Source: Nitrospirales bacterium
GTDB lineage: Bacteria; Nitrospirota; Nitrospiria; Nitrospirales; UBA8639
Length of the DNA stretch: 64,000 bases
NCBI GenBank assembly: GCA_965203295.1
Contig: CBDBCZ010000017.1
Location: 2,048,001-2,112,000 of the forward strand
Direction of reading: 5' to 3'
Below the pieces are notes generated by a model. That model searched no databases. It was given only the letters and a program-made list of their open reading frames with translations, and had not been told where the DNA came from. Shown piece after piece: positions 62,525 through 64,000 of this stretch. How positions within the stretch are numbered: position 1 is the first letter of the stretch; each line of letters begins with the position of its first letter. The position numbers and the translations under genes are program-made.

Positions 62525-63853
62525 TACTCCACGCTGGTGTCAATGTCAGCCTTGAGTTCCTGGTGTCTGTCCATGGTTTCCCCAGCCCCTGGGATATCCC
62601 TGGCCAGCGCATCTGACTCCAGCACAGTGCAGGTCTCAGATGCCCAGGCAAGCTACGTAGTGTGGAAATCACATCTGTGTAGAATCTTTGTGATCCTGCA
62701 ATGCACGTATTTCACTCTCTCAAGTAAAACTACATACATGCAGATCAATTAGGTCACACAAGCAACCAAAAACGTTGTTTACTGTAAACTCTGGTTAATA
62801 AGCGCATGCGCTTATGACTCTAAGTGGTAAGCAACCGTGCGCCTACTAGAGGATGTGCGCTAATAGGGTTGCAATTTTTGCAACCACCCTCAACACGTGA
62901 CAACGCAAGATGCGTGCAGAGACAGCTATTTTTGTAGTCGTGTTTAAAAAAGCTGAGAGTAGTGAGATAGTGAGTATTAGCGAAGTATTCTAAGACTTCA
63001 TCCTCCTCCAAGAAAGTGCAATCCATGGCCATCATGTCTTCAAGGAGATATGGAGTCTATGACTAGGCGAAATTCACTGACAGACGTGCGGTTGCTTTGC
63101 TAAAAGTAGACGGAAGCGTAGTCGGGCATGTGCATAGAGAGTTCTCAAGAGTATTTTGGCATTTCTTAGCATGCACTAAACAAATGATACCCACGACCAG
63201 AAAGGAAGCATGCGCTTAATAAATGCTATGCGCTTAATAGCGAGGTGCGCCTAACAACCAGAGTTTACGGATAAGAGTACTGAGTCATTGAATGTTTCAT
63301 AGCCATAATTTTGAAAACCTCTTCTAACCCCCAAATAGTTGTGGAATAGGCAATAACTACAAAGCAGTCAAATGTGCCATGCTAGGATTCATACGTTATG
63401 AGCCTCTGCAGCTATGGGGCATATGTATCTTGCATACCAAGTCTTTTGAGCCAGCCAGGAAAGTGTGGAGGAAATAGGCATTGTCCAGCTGAGACTTGTT
63501 ATTGGCAGCCTTCACCTGCAGGGCATAACAATTATATCTTGTGTGTTGATTGAGCCACAACTCAGTTGCTAGCTAGGATATACGCCCAAAGTATTAATTC
63601 TTACACACTTGCAAATCGAGCTTCATACGTACATAAAATAGTGTATGTACACTACAGTCATAAATCCAGACAGTGATTTTCGCATTCTCTCATATCCCAG
63701 GCACCTAGAGGTTCTCCCAGAGAGAGTCGATCTCCTCTTGCTTGTTGCGAACCTGTCTGGTCTCCTGGTGGATTCCAGCCACCCCATTGTGAGTCATCCT
63801 CTCCAGTCGGGAGAGATGTTCCTCCACTGAAGCCAGCTCTCTCTCCAGGGCCC
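62525..63853 (-). pseudogene. Spectrin-repeat gene fragment, three exons (63853-63705, 63515-63438, 62652-62525), with an in-frame TAG; truncated gene or pseudogene
   Basis: ALERELASVEEHLSRL...EEIDSLWENL*|VKAANNKSQLDNAYFLHTFLAGSKDL|LAWASETCTVLESDALARDIPGAGETMDRHQELKADIDT matches the spectrin repeat consensus (W...ELAxDVxGAExLLxRHQExKxEID). Splice sites are canonical. No downstream exon was found before CEP41. Confidence 0.7.
62782..63270. mobile_element. C(C/T)GTA-ended MITE with a HIRAN-like remnant (+)
   Basis: CTGTAAACTCTGGTT...AACCAGAGTTTACGG; 63010-63170 reads HGHHVFKEIW...AVALLKVDGSVVGHVHREFSRVFWHFL. Confidence 0.8.
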
Positions 63854-63854
63854 C

Positions 63855-63902
<48 letters not shown>

Positions 63903-64000
63903 AAAAGTAGAAAGGTAGCAATAGAGTGTGGGTGAGCACATTTGCAATTCTCAGACGAAGGTAGCAATCTACACTTCTTGTAGCGATCTGCACAGCCTGT

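Overview
This is eukaryotic, intron-rich animal DNA, inferred to be an early-branching invertebrate (probably a demosponge, from repeat style and TACATGTA-rich introns). It holds two complete plus-strand genes. The first is a CRAMP1/cramped-like SANT-domain chromatin regulator (about 21 exons, 68-47419, roughly 1,350-1,400 aa). The second is CEP41 (12 exons, 51138-59741, 340 aa), which carries a probable U12-type intron. Three minus-strand spectrin-repeat exons at the right end contain an in-frame stop and have no visible continuation. Introns and intergenic DNA are crowded with decayed or non-autonomous transposons: a Penelope-like RT, LINEs, an intron-containing P-superfamily transposase relic with a convergent second gene, CCGTA/TA-TSD (pogo/Tc2-like) MITEs, and IS3EU-, hAT-, Harbinger-, Ginger-, Crypton-, Helitron- and Helentron-like elements. 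The most striking observations are (i) tiny CATAG/CATGG palindromes with 7-bp target duplications that resemble classical P-element excision footprints, one proven as an insertion by an empty-site paralogue in the window; (ii) three different CCGTA-ended transposon families that each carry a HIRAN-like accessory ORF; and (iii) a two-gene P-like element. All family assignments come from motif recognition by eye, not database searches.
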